Shown here piece by piece: positions 38,286 to 45,633 of a stretch of DNA of 64,000 bases. The number at the start of each line of letters is the position of its first letter. Position 1 is the stretch's first letter. The position numbers and the translations under genes were made by a program. The notes below the pieces were generated by a model. The model saw only the letters and a list, made by a program, of their open reading frames with translations, was not told the origin of the DNA and ran no database searches. This DNA is from Candidatus Latescibacterota bacterium (GTDB lineage: Bacteria; Latescibacterota; UBA2968; GCA-2709665): positions 3,067,907-3,131,906 of the forward strand of contig OZ244744.1 in NCBI GenBank assembly GCA_965219455.1, in the 5' to 3' direction.

Positions 38286-38894
38286 TTACTGCCTGATGAA
38301 AGGCACGGTCAAAGTTCTTACATGGCCATGATGGCGAGTGTGGAATACCAAATAAGTCTCGTTGATATTCTGATTTGAGAGCGCTGTGACCAGATTGATG
38401 GCAATCTGACCCGCACCAAGATCTCTCACGGGGCTAAAGAGGCGGTTTACGCCGAAGCCCTCACCGCCTATCCAACGTAAGTCGCAACCACTTAAGTCGC
38501 AATCATCCGAGTCGCAATCATCCGAGCCGCAATCATTCGAGTCACAATCATTTGGGTCGCAGAGGTCGAAAGACCAGTCAGAATCTCTCTTCTTTTCCTT
38601 CTCCTCCTTTTTCTCTTCCTCCTCCTTTTTAAATACAAAGGGATTCTGCTCTTTGTAACCTGGCAGGATAAATAACACGGAAAAGTCACCCCCGGGTGGA
38701 ATCCTGACAGTGGCCGGGGTAACACCTCGAAACACTTCAACGCCTTCAGAGTTCCTCAAAACAACCTCGGCATTGTTTTGCGTAGAACGAGTCAAGGCAT
38801 TTTGTTTAAATGTCGTGGCACAGCCGACAAACGCCAGCAAGAATATCACGATACAAAAGGCGGATACCCCTCGAGCTAATGAACCAATAGACAT
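38286..38894 (-). CDS. Lipoprotein with PEGA-like domain, Glu/Lys-rich linker and Cys/Asp pentapeptide repeats
   Basis: ATG 38894 with AGGAGG upstream. Lipobox LLAFVGC. PEGA-like VFRGVTPATVRIPPGG. KKEEEEKKEEKEKKR. CDPNDCDSNDCGSDDCDSDDCDLSGCDL. Confidence 0.55.
   Translation of the reverse strand: MSIGSLARGVSAFCIVIFLLAFVGCATTFKQNALTRSTQNNAEVVLRNSEGVEVFRGVTPATVRIPPGGDFSVLFILPGYKEQNPFVFKKEEEEKKEEKEKKRDSDWSFDLCDPNDCDSNDCGSDDCDSDDCDLSGCDLRWIGGEGFGVNRLFSPVRDLGAGQIAINLVTALSNQNINETYLVFHTRHHGHVRTLTVPFIRQ
38478..38572 (-). repeat. 15-nt tandem coding repeat (about 6 units)
   Basis: Plus-strand units GTCGCAATCATCCGA / GCCGCAATCATTCGA / GTCACAATCATTTGG etc., encoding (D-C-x-S/P-D/N)n. Confidence 0.75.
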
Positions 38895-39269
38895 GTCGAG
38901 GCCTCCTATGGTTAAAGTTAGTCCATCATTCAGTTGGAAACTCAAACCCAAATTTAATGGCTGGACGATGCACAGGTTTTGCACCTGCTTCTATCGTTGT
39001 CGGGAGATTCAAGATCATGTCGACAATTCATGAGAATCAGACGTGATCATTAAAATAGATTAATCACACGGACAAGTGATGTCAACACCTAAGGTTTGTC
39101 CAATAATTCGAGAATTTGTCCCATCCTCCACTTTTTTCGATTTGAGGTCGGATTGTCTCCATATTTTGCTTGAAATATCCTCCTGAACTACCGTTCCGGG
39201 GCAGCGGTGTTGACCGCCGCCGCCGAATTCCATGGCGGCAGTATCGAAAGCGTCAACTTCACGCCCGCG

Positions 39270-39391
39270 GTCGAGCGCGCCAACGCGGCTTGCAGCATCC
39301 GCCTGGCACCAACACGAATCAGGGCTTCCAGGCTCAACGACACTTCATCTTTGACTATCGTCTCAACTTCGGAGGCTGTATATTGTCTCAT
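39270..39391 (-). pseudogene. Relic of an IS256-family transposase N-terminus
   Basis: MRQYTASEVETIVKDEVSLSLEALIRVGARRMLQAAL resembles the conserved L..LIREGAR.ML..ALEAEV start. Similarity ends after about 35 aa. Confidence 0.3.
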
Positions 39392-39580
39392 CGAGCGTAT
39401 CCTTTCTCCCTCGTCTGAGGGATCTCGGGTTAATTGTGATACTATAGGATACGCTCTTTTTTTTATCTCATCCACAACTATTGAATATAACTCTGGCATT
39501 TCTGAAAATGAGCAAGTTCGATATCGCCGAGTTGGAGAAGGCGTTTCGCAATGCGTAAGCCCAGGCCGAAAGGAAAACCC

Positions 39581-39769
39581 ATGCACAAGACCAACCAGTT
39601 GAGAGCCGGAGCGGCGATGATTGACATCACGCCACCGACGCGGGCCGCCTACGCCCGAGGCGGACACGAGGCCAACAAAGACGTGACCTACTGGGCCAAA
39701 CTCGCCCCCGGCTGCCTTGAAACCGTGGTTGAGCGGGCCCGGACGCTGGTACAAGACCTGTTTGTATGA
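39581..39769 (+). pseudogene. Internally deleted paralog of the ceramidase-like gene 43557..44972
   Basis: MHKTNQLRAGAAMIDITPP | TRAAYARGGHEANKDVTYWAKLAPGCLETVVERARTLVQDLFV. The first 19 aa and last 43 aa of the 471-aa paralog are fused in frame at a CCG-ACG microhomology. Confidence 0.7.
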
Positions 39770-39861
39770 ACGATTTATCGGGCTACGTCCAGGATGTGGA
39801 ACGTCGAAAATGTAATTGTCCACAGACAAAACGCAGATTCATAACCGGGAAAAAGTAAACA

Positions 39862-40455
39862 ATGCCGCGCAAAAACAGGGTCCTCAGCGTCGACGATACG
39901 ACCCCCTTATTTACCCTCCCCTCGCATCAGCAACGACACGTGTCGCTGGCATCCCATCGGGAAAACGAACACGTCGTTCTGACGTTTTTTCGGGGGACCT
40001 GGTGAAGGAGAAGCCGTCGTCAGTTGGCGACTGTGCAAGAACATATAGACGCTTACGCCGAACGTAACGCGACATCTATTGCTATCGCCGCAGGGCGGCA
40101 GCTTTGCGAACTGCGCGAATATGCCGAACGCAGTGGCATCACCTATCCTCTTTTGCCGGACGAAGACTGGAGCATCATCAAGAGTTATGGGGTATATCAC
40201 GGGTTCGGCCTGGCGATGCACAACCTCGCTTACAACATCGTCCGCCCCACGACGTTCATCATCGACAATCTCGGCTATCCTTTACACAACTGGATCGGCC
40301 TGGCGGATCACAATCTCAGCAACAGCATTGCCCGCCCGGCGACGTTCATCATCGATAGCTTCGGCACTATCAGATATATGTACATCGGCTCGAATCAGTT
40401 TGATTTGGCCGAACAGGAAGAAATTCTCGAACATTTGAATTCGCTGACGCGGTGA
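39862..40455 (+). CDS. AhpC/TSA (peroxiredoxin-like) gene with in-frame TGA at the catalytic Cys position: candidate selenoprotein or decaying pseudogene
   Basis: From ATG 39862: MPRKNRVLSVDDTTPLFTLPSHQQRHVSLASHRENEHVVLTFFRGTW-TGA(40003)-RRSRRQLATVQEHIDAY...RPATFIIDSFGTIRYMYIG. The family motif here is W-C-P-x-C. Hairpin 10 nt after the TGA. Contains a 90-nt internal tandem duplication. Confidence 0.4.
40016..40031 (+). other. Candidate bacterial SECIS-like hairpin
   Basis: GUCGUC-AGUU-GGCGAC (6-bp stem including one G-U pair, AGUU loop), starting 10 nt after the UGA at 40003..40005. Confidence 0.3.
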
Positions 40456-40772
40456 GGTCCGAATGAGTAATTTCGTCGCCGCGACCCGGTCAGGTAGAAC
40501 CACTTGCCCGACGGCCACAGTCCGCGATTGAGGACGTCGCCCGAGTGCTTGATTTCGGCCGAATGGCCGCGCCAATCGGTGTGCCACCCTACGGGAGCCG
40601 AACCAGTCCGGCGGATGATGGCAGCTGAGCGGTGGATCGTCAACTCGTCGGTGGCAATCAGGTGCCGGTTAATAACCATGAAGGGCTCGTAGTCGAGCAC
40701 CTCGCAAGCACCCGGCGGTAGCCCAAGTCCGGCTTTTGAATGTGCGAATAGTCTGCCATGACTTTCCTCCAT
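40395..40772 (-). pseudogene. Truncated phytanoyl-CoA dioxygenase family fragment
   Basis: GACEVLDYEPFMVINRHLIATDELTIHRSAAIIRRTGSAPVGWHTDW...WFYLTGSRRR resembles the N-terminal half of PhyH proteins (WH.D motif). Only 125 aa. The tail overlaps the convergent gene. Confidence 0.4.
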
Positions 40773-40831
40773 ACAAGTGCCCGGTTATTAGAGTCGCGAT
40801 TGGCGGGGTAGCGGGAAAATACATGGCCCTG

Positions 40832-42376
40832 TTAGAAGCGCTGCGCCTGAGCACCGTTTGCAAGCGCCAGCTCGTAGCAGGCAGCCTCGCTGTCCGTGCG
40901 CACTAACAGATAGGGTGTGGCAAAGGCCGGGGGATTCCAGGTTTTGCCGTCGAAGGCCGTCATGCGCGCTAGTTCTACGTGGCGGTCGGGGCGAGCCTCG
41001 ACCAGTAACACGTCACCCGATTCGCTCATTATCAGCAGGATATCGTCTATCAGGATGAGCTGGCCGTGGCCGTAGCGCCCGCGCTTCCAGCGACGCTTGC
41101 CGTCTTGCGGGTCGAGGCAGACCAGTACCCCATCGTCGAGGCCATAGACAAAACCATCGCAATAGACCATGTTGGCAAATTTGGCCTTGATCCGGGGGCT
41201 TTTCCAGACGATATCGGTCGTCAACTCGCCGTTGGGCGCGGCATTCACTTGATACAGCTTGGCTCCAATGCCGTAGCCGGTGGAGACCAGAACCCGGTTC
41301 CCGGGCAAGGGCAGGGGATTGGCAATGCATTCAACCCGATCCCAGGGCTGACGCCAAAGGGGAGTTCCGCTCTGCGGATCGTGCGCGACAACGCTGTGGT
41401 TGTTGAAGATCAGGATCTGCTCGCGTCCAGCCAACGTGACCAGACGCGGCGAACTGAAGCCGGCCTTGTCTGTGCCCCCACCCCAGACAAATGCGCCGTT
41501 TTGGCGGTGATAGGCCACGAGCGAGCGCTCATCCGAGCCTCCGGCACTGACCACGACCAAGGTGTCGAGGACCAACGGCGAACAGCTAATGCCCCACATA
41601 TGGGCCTCAGCCTGGTTGGCGGCGAGGATGTCCCGCGACCAAATCAGCGCCCCGCTGGCCAGATCCAGGCAGTTGAGGATGCCAGTAGCGCCCAGCGTGA
41701 AAACCCGGTCTCCAGCGATGGTGGGCGTAGCGCGCGGGCCGACGCCGGCTACGGCGGTCTCGTAGCGAGTCGAGTCGGCGTGTTGCCAGAGCTTGCGGCC
41801 CGTTGCCAAGTCGTAGCAGACGACCTGCTCCTCGGGGCCGTGTTGCTCCTGGGTTACGGCCCGGCCGCCGACAATGGCAAAGGAGGACCAGGCTGCGCCG
41901 ACGGGGCGACGCCAGATTTCGCGCGGCGGGTGCTTGGCCCAGTCGGGCTCGAGGTGGACGCCGCGGAGGCGGTTGTTGCGTTCGGGGCCGAGAAATTGCG
42001 GCCAATCGCGGGCGTCGAGCGCGGTGGCGTCCCCTCCTTCGACCTCGGTGGCTTCCCCTTTGGTGCTCCAACGCCATTCGAGGACCGGTACGAAGTCGCC
42101 GCTCATACCCTTAATGCGAATAAGTCCAATACCAAGCGCAATGACGAGGACGGCACCGCCGAAATAGCGCAGACGCCGTCCCCAGGCCAGCCGCGACGCG
42201 AAGAGCAACCAGAGCAAAGCAAAGAAAATCGCGAGAATGAAGGTGGCCATGCTGCGCATGACCTGTTGCTGGCGATGGGGGGCTTCGGGCAACCAGATCA
42301 GCAGGAGCGCCAGGACGACGATGCCTCCGAGGAAATAGAGAGGCCATAAGCGAGGGCGAGCCGAGGACATGGGCAT
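40832..42376 (-). CDS. Membrane-anchored PQQ-like (BamB-type) beta-propeller repeat protein, copy A
   Basis: N-terminal TM helices. Recurrent blades VVCYDLATGRKLWQ, LNCLDLASGALIWS, VVAHDPQSGTPLWRQ, LVCLDPQDGKRRWK. Confidence 0.7.
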   Translation of the reverse strand: MPMSSARPRLWPLYFLGGIVVLALLLIWLPEAPHRQQQVMRSMATFILAIFFALLWLLFASRLAWGRRLRYFGGAVLVIALGIGLIRIKGMSGDFVPVLEWRWSTKGEATEVEGGDATALDARDWPQFLGPERNNRLRGVHLEPDWAKHPPREIWRRPVGAAWSSFAIVGGRAVTQEQHGPEEQVVCYDLATGRKLWQHADSTRYETAVAGVGPRATPTIAGDRVFTLGATGILNCLDLASGALIWSRDILAANQAEAHMWGISCSPLVLDTLVVVSAGGSDERSLVAYHRQNGAFVWGGGTDKAGFSSPRLVTLAGREQILIFNNHSVVAHDPQSGTPLWRQPWDRVECIANPLPLPGNRVLVSTGYGIGAKLYQVNAAPNGELTTDIVWKSPRIKAKFANMVYCDGFVYGLDDGVLVCLDPQDGKRRWKRGRYGHGQLILIDDILLIMSESGDVLLVEARPDRHVELARMTAFDGKTWNPPAFATPYLLVRTDSEAACYELALANGAQAQRF

Positions 42377-42388
42377 TGATCCGTTGTG

Positions 42389-42493
42389 TTAGACGCCGCC
42401 GGTGACGGTCTCCAAGCGGACCCAATCGCCGCTTGCGACCGAGCGGGCAATGGCGGCCATCGCCCGCATAGCTTGAGTTCCATCCTCCACACT
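42389..42493 (-). pseudogene. Relic C-terminus of a Gfo/Idh/MocA-type oxidoreductase
   Basis: Minus frame reads PPSVEDGTQAMRAMAAIARSVASGDWVRLETVTGGV-stop. The copy at about 47190-47290 carries W->TGA. Confidence 0.4.
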
Positions 42494-42506
42494 TGGCGGT
42501 CTTTGT

Positions 42507-42893
42507 TCACGCACTTTCGGTGGGCAAAATGGCGTAGGCTTCGATCTCGACGACCAGATGCGGCTTTAGCAGCGCAGCTATGATGACCAGGGTCGAAGCC
42601 GGCAAAATCTCGCCAAATACCTCGTGGTGAGCGCGGGTGACGCCAGCAGCATGAGCCGCATCCGTGATGTACACGACCGTTCGCACCACGTCGTCGAGGC
42701 TGGCACCGGTTTCGTCGAGCGCTTTGGCGATGATCTGTAACGCGCCCCTGGCCTGCTCGTAGGCATCGCCCTGGTCGTCAGGCGGCTGGGCGCAGGTGCC
42801 AGCGACGTGGACGTGCCGGTCCACGCGCACGGCGCGCGAGTAACCGAATTCCGCGCCAAATGCGCTGCTGGTAGCTATGTTTTTGCGTTTCAT
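42507..42893 (-). CDS. RidA (YjgF/YER057c/UK114) family protein, copy A
   Basis: 128 aa. YSRAVRVDRHVHVAGT...GDAYEQARGALQIIAKAL...VVRTVVYITD...PASTLVIIAALLKPHLVVEIEAYA. Confidence 0.85.
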   Translation of the reverse strand: MKRKNIATSSAFGAEFGYSRAVRVDRHVHVAGTCAQPPDDQGDAYEQARGALQIIAKALDETGASLDDVVRTVVYITDAAHAAGVTRAHHEVFGEILPASTLVIIAALLKPHLVVEIEAYAILPTESA

Positions 42894-43164
42894 GGGTCTC
42901 CTTTATCCATGGCTTCCTCTGCCTCCACCCACTCCTCCAAGAGGGCCGCCAACGTACGCTCGATATCCGCCTGTTCGCATCTGCTTTTCTCCTTCAATAA
43001 TTCGACAGTAAAGGTATAACTAAAGGAAATCAAAATCAAAGCCCAAGTGCGCCTGTTCAATGTGCTGGGTGTATAGCAACCCATAGCCCCGTTGGAAGTA
43101 CGGTTCAGGAAGAACGAGCTGCTTCCTCCGTTTTGCCAATATTGCATCGTCTCCCTACCCCCTC

Positions 43165-43296
43165 CGCCGCAGTTCGAGTTCGCCGCCTGGCCTCCTACGC
43201 GATTCGCTCCCTGCGTGAGCCGTACGGAGGAGTGCGCCATCAAGTGCCATGCCGATCCCTGAAACGCGACAAAATCCTTTACCGCGGTACTCTGAG
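43165..43296 (+). repeat. Family-C intergenic repeat
   Basis: See 22957..23082. Confidence 0.7.
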
Positions 43297-43556
43297 CATT
43301 CACGAACGATTCTGTGGGACGACAGGCGATTCATGAGGGACCCTGCTGGATCCTTGCGTACGTTTTCGGCGAACTGCATATTACCAATATCGGTACCTTA
43401 TTTTTCCTCAGGCCGAACAACGCACACGTTCGCGTGACCGCCTGGATCCTTTCCAAATCAGCCAAAATTCCGTTTATCCTGCCTATGCACCAGAGGCGCT
43501 GACCGACGCCGAGCCTTTTGTGCGCTTTGACGCCCTCGGCGTCGAAAGGAAAAACC

Positions 43557-44972
43557 ATGCATGAGACCAATCTGCTGAGAGCCGGAGCGGCGATGATTGA
43601 CATCACGCCACCGCCGGGGACGCATCTGGCGGGAAGCGGGGCTGGCGAGCACCGCCCGGCCCAAACCGTGATGGATCCGCTTTTTGCCAAGGCCATCGTC
43701 TTTGAAGTCGGCCAGCGGCGCGTCTGCATGGTGATCCTGGATCTCACCATTGTCACCTGGGACTACACGGACCAGATCCGCGCCGCTATCGGCGGGCATA
43801 CGGGCATCGCACCGGAGGCGATCATGGTCCAGGCGACCCAGACGCACTCCGCCCCGAGCCTCGGCTACTTTATGCTGGATCCGGATTTCCCTTTGGAGAC
43901 CCACGCGGAGACGGAGTATCTGCGCGGAGGCGAGCGCGCCTACGGCGACCGGGTTGCTGCCGCCGCAGTGGAGGCTGCGGTCGAAGCGGTGGGCAAGCTG
44001 CAACCCGTGCGCATCGGTTTGGGGCGCGGCGTGTTGGGGGACCTGGCTTTCAATCGCCGCGGCATACGCCGGGACGGCGCCATCGCCATGCCCAAGCCGC
44101 TGGGCCGGGAACAACAGCCGTTCGGGAACGCGGATATCTGCTATCTCGAAGGGCCGATGGACCCGGAAGTCGGCGTGTGCTGCGTCCAGGACATGGATAT
44201 GCGGCCGGTGGCCTTTCTCCTGCACTACACCTGTCACCCGGTCAATGCGTTCGGAAATCCCAAGTCCTACCGGACGGTGTCGGCGGATTGGCCTGGCGCC
44301 TGGACGCGGGAGATGCAGCAGCTGTTCGGCTTCGACGCGGTGCCGTTGGTCGTCAACGGCTGTTGCGGCAACATCAACCCCTGGCATCCTTTCGACCCGG
44401 ATTGCCGGCCGGACCACCGGCGAATGGGGCGCGAATTGGCGCAGATGAGCGAACGAATTGTTCACAATATGGCGTTTACCAACAACGCTGCGTTGGCTTG
44501 CAGCGTCGAAAAGGTAGGCCTGCCCTTCCGCGAGATTCCGGCCAAGCGCTTGCGCGAGGTCAATGCGATTCTCACTGAGAATCCACAACCGCCGCGCGGA
44601 GCAAACGGCGAAGTGGATCCGCACTGGTTTCGGGCCGCTTCGACCCGCAGCGTCGAACTATGCCGGCAGCGGGACGCCGAGTTCCCCTATGAAATCCAGG
44701 CTTTCCGCATCGGCGACCTGGGCGTTATCGGCCTGCCCGGAGAACCGTTTGTCGAAGGACAACTCGCACTCAAAACGAACTCGGCGGCGCCCTTTCTCTT
44801 TCCGGCGCACCTTACGACGCACTATGTCGGCTACCTGCCGACGAGGGCGGCCTACGCCCGAGGCGGACACGAGGCCAACGAAGACGTTACCTACTGGGCC
44901 AAGCTCGCCCCCGGCAGCCTCGAAACCGTGGTCGAACAGGCTCGGACGCTGGTACAAGAGCTGTTTGTATGA
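43557..44972 (+). CDS. Neutral/alkaline ceramidase N-terminal-domain-like hydrolase
   Basis: ATG 43557. LLRAGAAMIDITPPPGTHLAGSG start is typical of this family. 471 aa. Confidence 0.55.
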   Translation: MHETNLLRAGAAMIDITPPPGTHLAGSGAGEHRPAQTVMDPLFAKAIVFEVGQRRVCMVILDLTIVTWDYTDQIRAAIGGHTGIAPEAIMVQATQTHSAPSLGYFMLDPDFPLETHAETEYLRGGERAYGDRVAAAAVEAAVEAVGKLQPVRIGLGRGVLGDLAFNRRGIRRDGAIAMPKPLGREQQPFGNADICYLEGPMDPEVGVCCVQDMDMRPVAFLLHYTCHPVNAFGNPKSYRTVSADWPGAWTREMQQLFGFDAVPLVVNGCCGNINPWHPFDPDCRPDHRRMGRELAQMSERIVHNMAFTNNAALACSVEKVGLPFREIPAKRLREVNAILTENPQPPRGANGEVDPHWFRAASTRSVELCRQRDAEFPYEIQAFRIGDLGVIGLPGEPFVEGQLALKTNSAAPFLFPAHLTTHYVGYLPTRAAYARGGHEANEDVTYWAKLAPGSLETVVEQARTLVQELFV

Positions 44973-45020
44973 ACGATCCGGGGTACATCCAAGCGGAACC
45001 CGCGGCTGAATCGAGCTGAG

Positions 45021-45164
45021 GGGCTGCTGGCGCTCAGTCGGCAGGTGCGGGCGGTGGATGTCGCGCCGACGCTGTGCTACTTGCTCGGCATCCCCATGCC
45101 CGAGCAGGTGGGGGGCGGCGTGGTCTACGAGGCGCTTGAAGACGCAGACTGGCACCTGCGATGA
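45021..45164 (+). pseudogene. Relic C-terminus of an alkaline-phosphatase-superfamily (phosphodiesterase/nucleotide pyrophosphatase-like) gene
   Basis: GLLALSRQVRAVDVAPTLCYLLGIPMPEQVGGGVVYEALEDADWHLR-stop. No upstream body. Confidence 0.4.
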
Positions 45165-45230
45165 AGGCGGCCTGCTACTGCGGCGACAGCACGGTCGAAA
45201 TTTGAATCGACACCCAAGGGCGGAGGATGT

Positions 45231-45605
45231 ATGAGTGAAAGTGAACGCTACGAAGCAGGGCGCAGAGTTCTCTCGACGATGCTCGGAGAGGCCGCTGCAG
45301 AGGCCTCTGCCAAGAAGATGCGCACACTTCATCCCGAGTTCGAGCGACTCGTGATGGAGCACGTGATGCATGACCTGTACGGACGGGACGGGCTGGACAT
45401 CAAGACCCGTCTGCTGTGCACGATCGCGGCCTTGACGGTTCTCGGCAGGCCGGAACAACTTGCTGTTCACATCGACCGAGCCCTTGGTTGTGGATCCACA
45501 AGGACGGAGATTGAGGAGGTCATGTTGCAGATGAGCGCTTTCGGCGGATTTCCGGCGACGTGGGATGCTCTGACCGTTCTTCAAGGACAGAACCAGGGGG
45601 AATAA
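45231..45605 (+). CDS. Carboxymuconolactone decarboxylase (CMD/AhpD-like) family protein
   Basis: 124 aa. PEFERLVMEHVMHDLYGRDGLDIKTRLLCTIAALTVLGRPEQLAVHIDRALGCGSTRTEIEEVMLQMSAFGGFPA. Confidence 0.75.
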   Translation: MSESERYEAGRRVLSTMLGEAAAEASAKKMRTLHPEFERLVMEHVMHDLYGRDGLDIKTRLLCTIAALTVLGRPEQLAVHIDRALGCGSTRTEIEEVMLQMSAFGGFPATWDALTVLQGQNQGE

Positions 45606-45633
45606 CAAGGGGATTTCTTTAAGCTCGACGGAC

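Larger units (their letters stand above)
40852..42975. repeat. Segmental duplication, copy A (about 2.1 kb; partner 45664..47825)
   Basis: Colinear high-identity match (few percent divergence by eye) covering the propeller gene, a relic spacer, the RidA gene and about 80 nt beyond. Offset 4812 nt at the left edge. Confidence 0.85.

Noticed and set aside
39188-39829. 213-aa minus-strand ORF spanning 39.2-39.8 kb.
   Set aside because: It is a chance fusion of frames. Only its last ~35 aa region resembles anything (an IS256 transposase N-terminus). The rest is antisense to the internally deleted ceramidase-like relic.
41066-42349. Long antisense ORFs opposite real genes: 41066..42349, 45790..47160, 5385..6599, 7276..8427, 43458..44624, 60048..61751, 2016..2762, 2840..3610, 10861..11541 and 4311..4976.
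   Set aside because: These are typical shadow ORFs in GC-rich DNA. Their translations are Arg/Gly/Pro/Ala-rich and lack motifs, while the opposite strand encodes proteins with clear family signatures.
43215-43245. GAGCCGTACGG in the family-C repeat resembling the 5' half of group II intron domain V.
   Set aside because: No complementary 3' half (ACGTACGGTTC-like) follows. There is no GAAA-type tetraloop and no intron-encoded reverse transcriptase or other intron domains nearby.
42890-43303. 137-aa ORF upstream of RidA copy A.
   Set aside because: Only its last ~25 aa are conserved between the duplication copies, as a relic frame. The remainder runs through the family-C repeat and shows no coding-like features.
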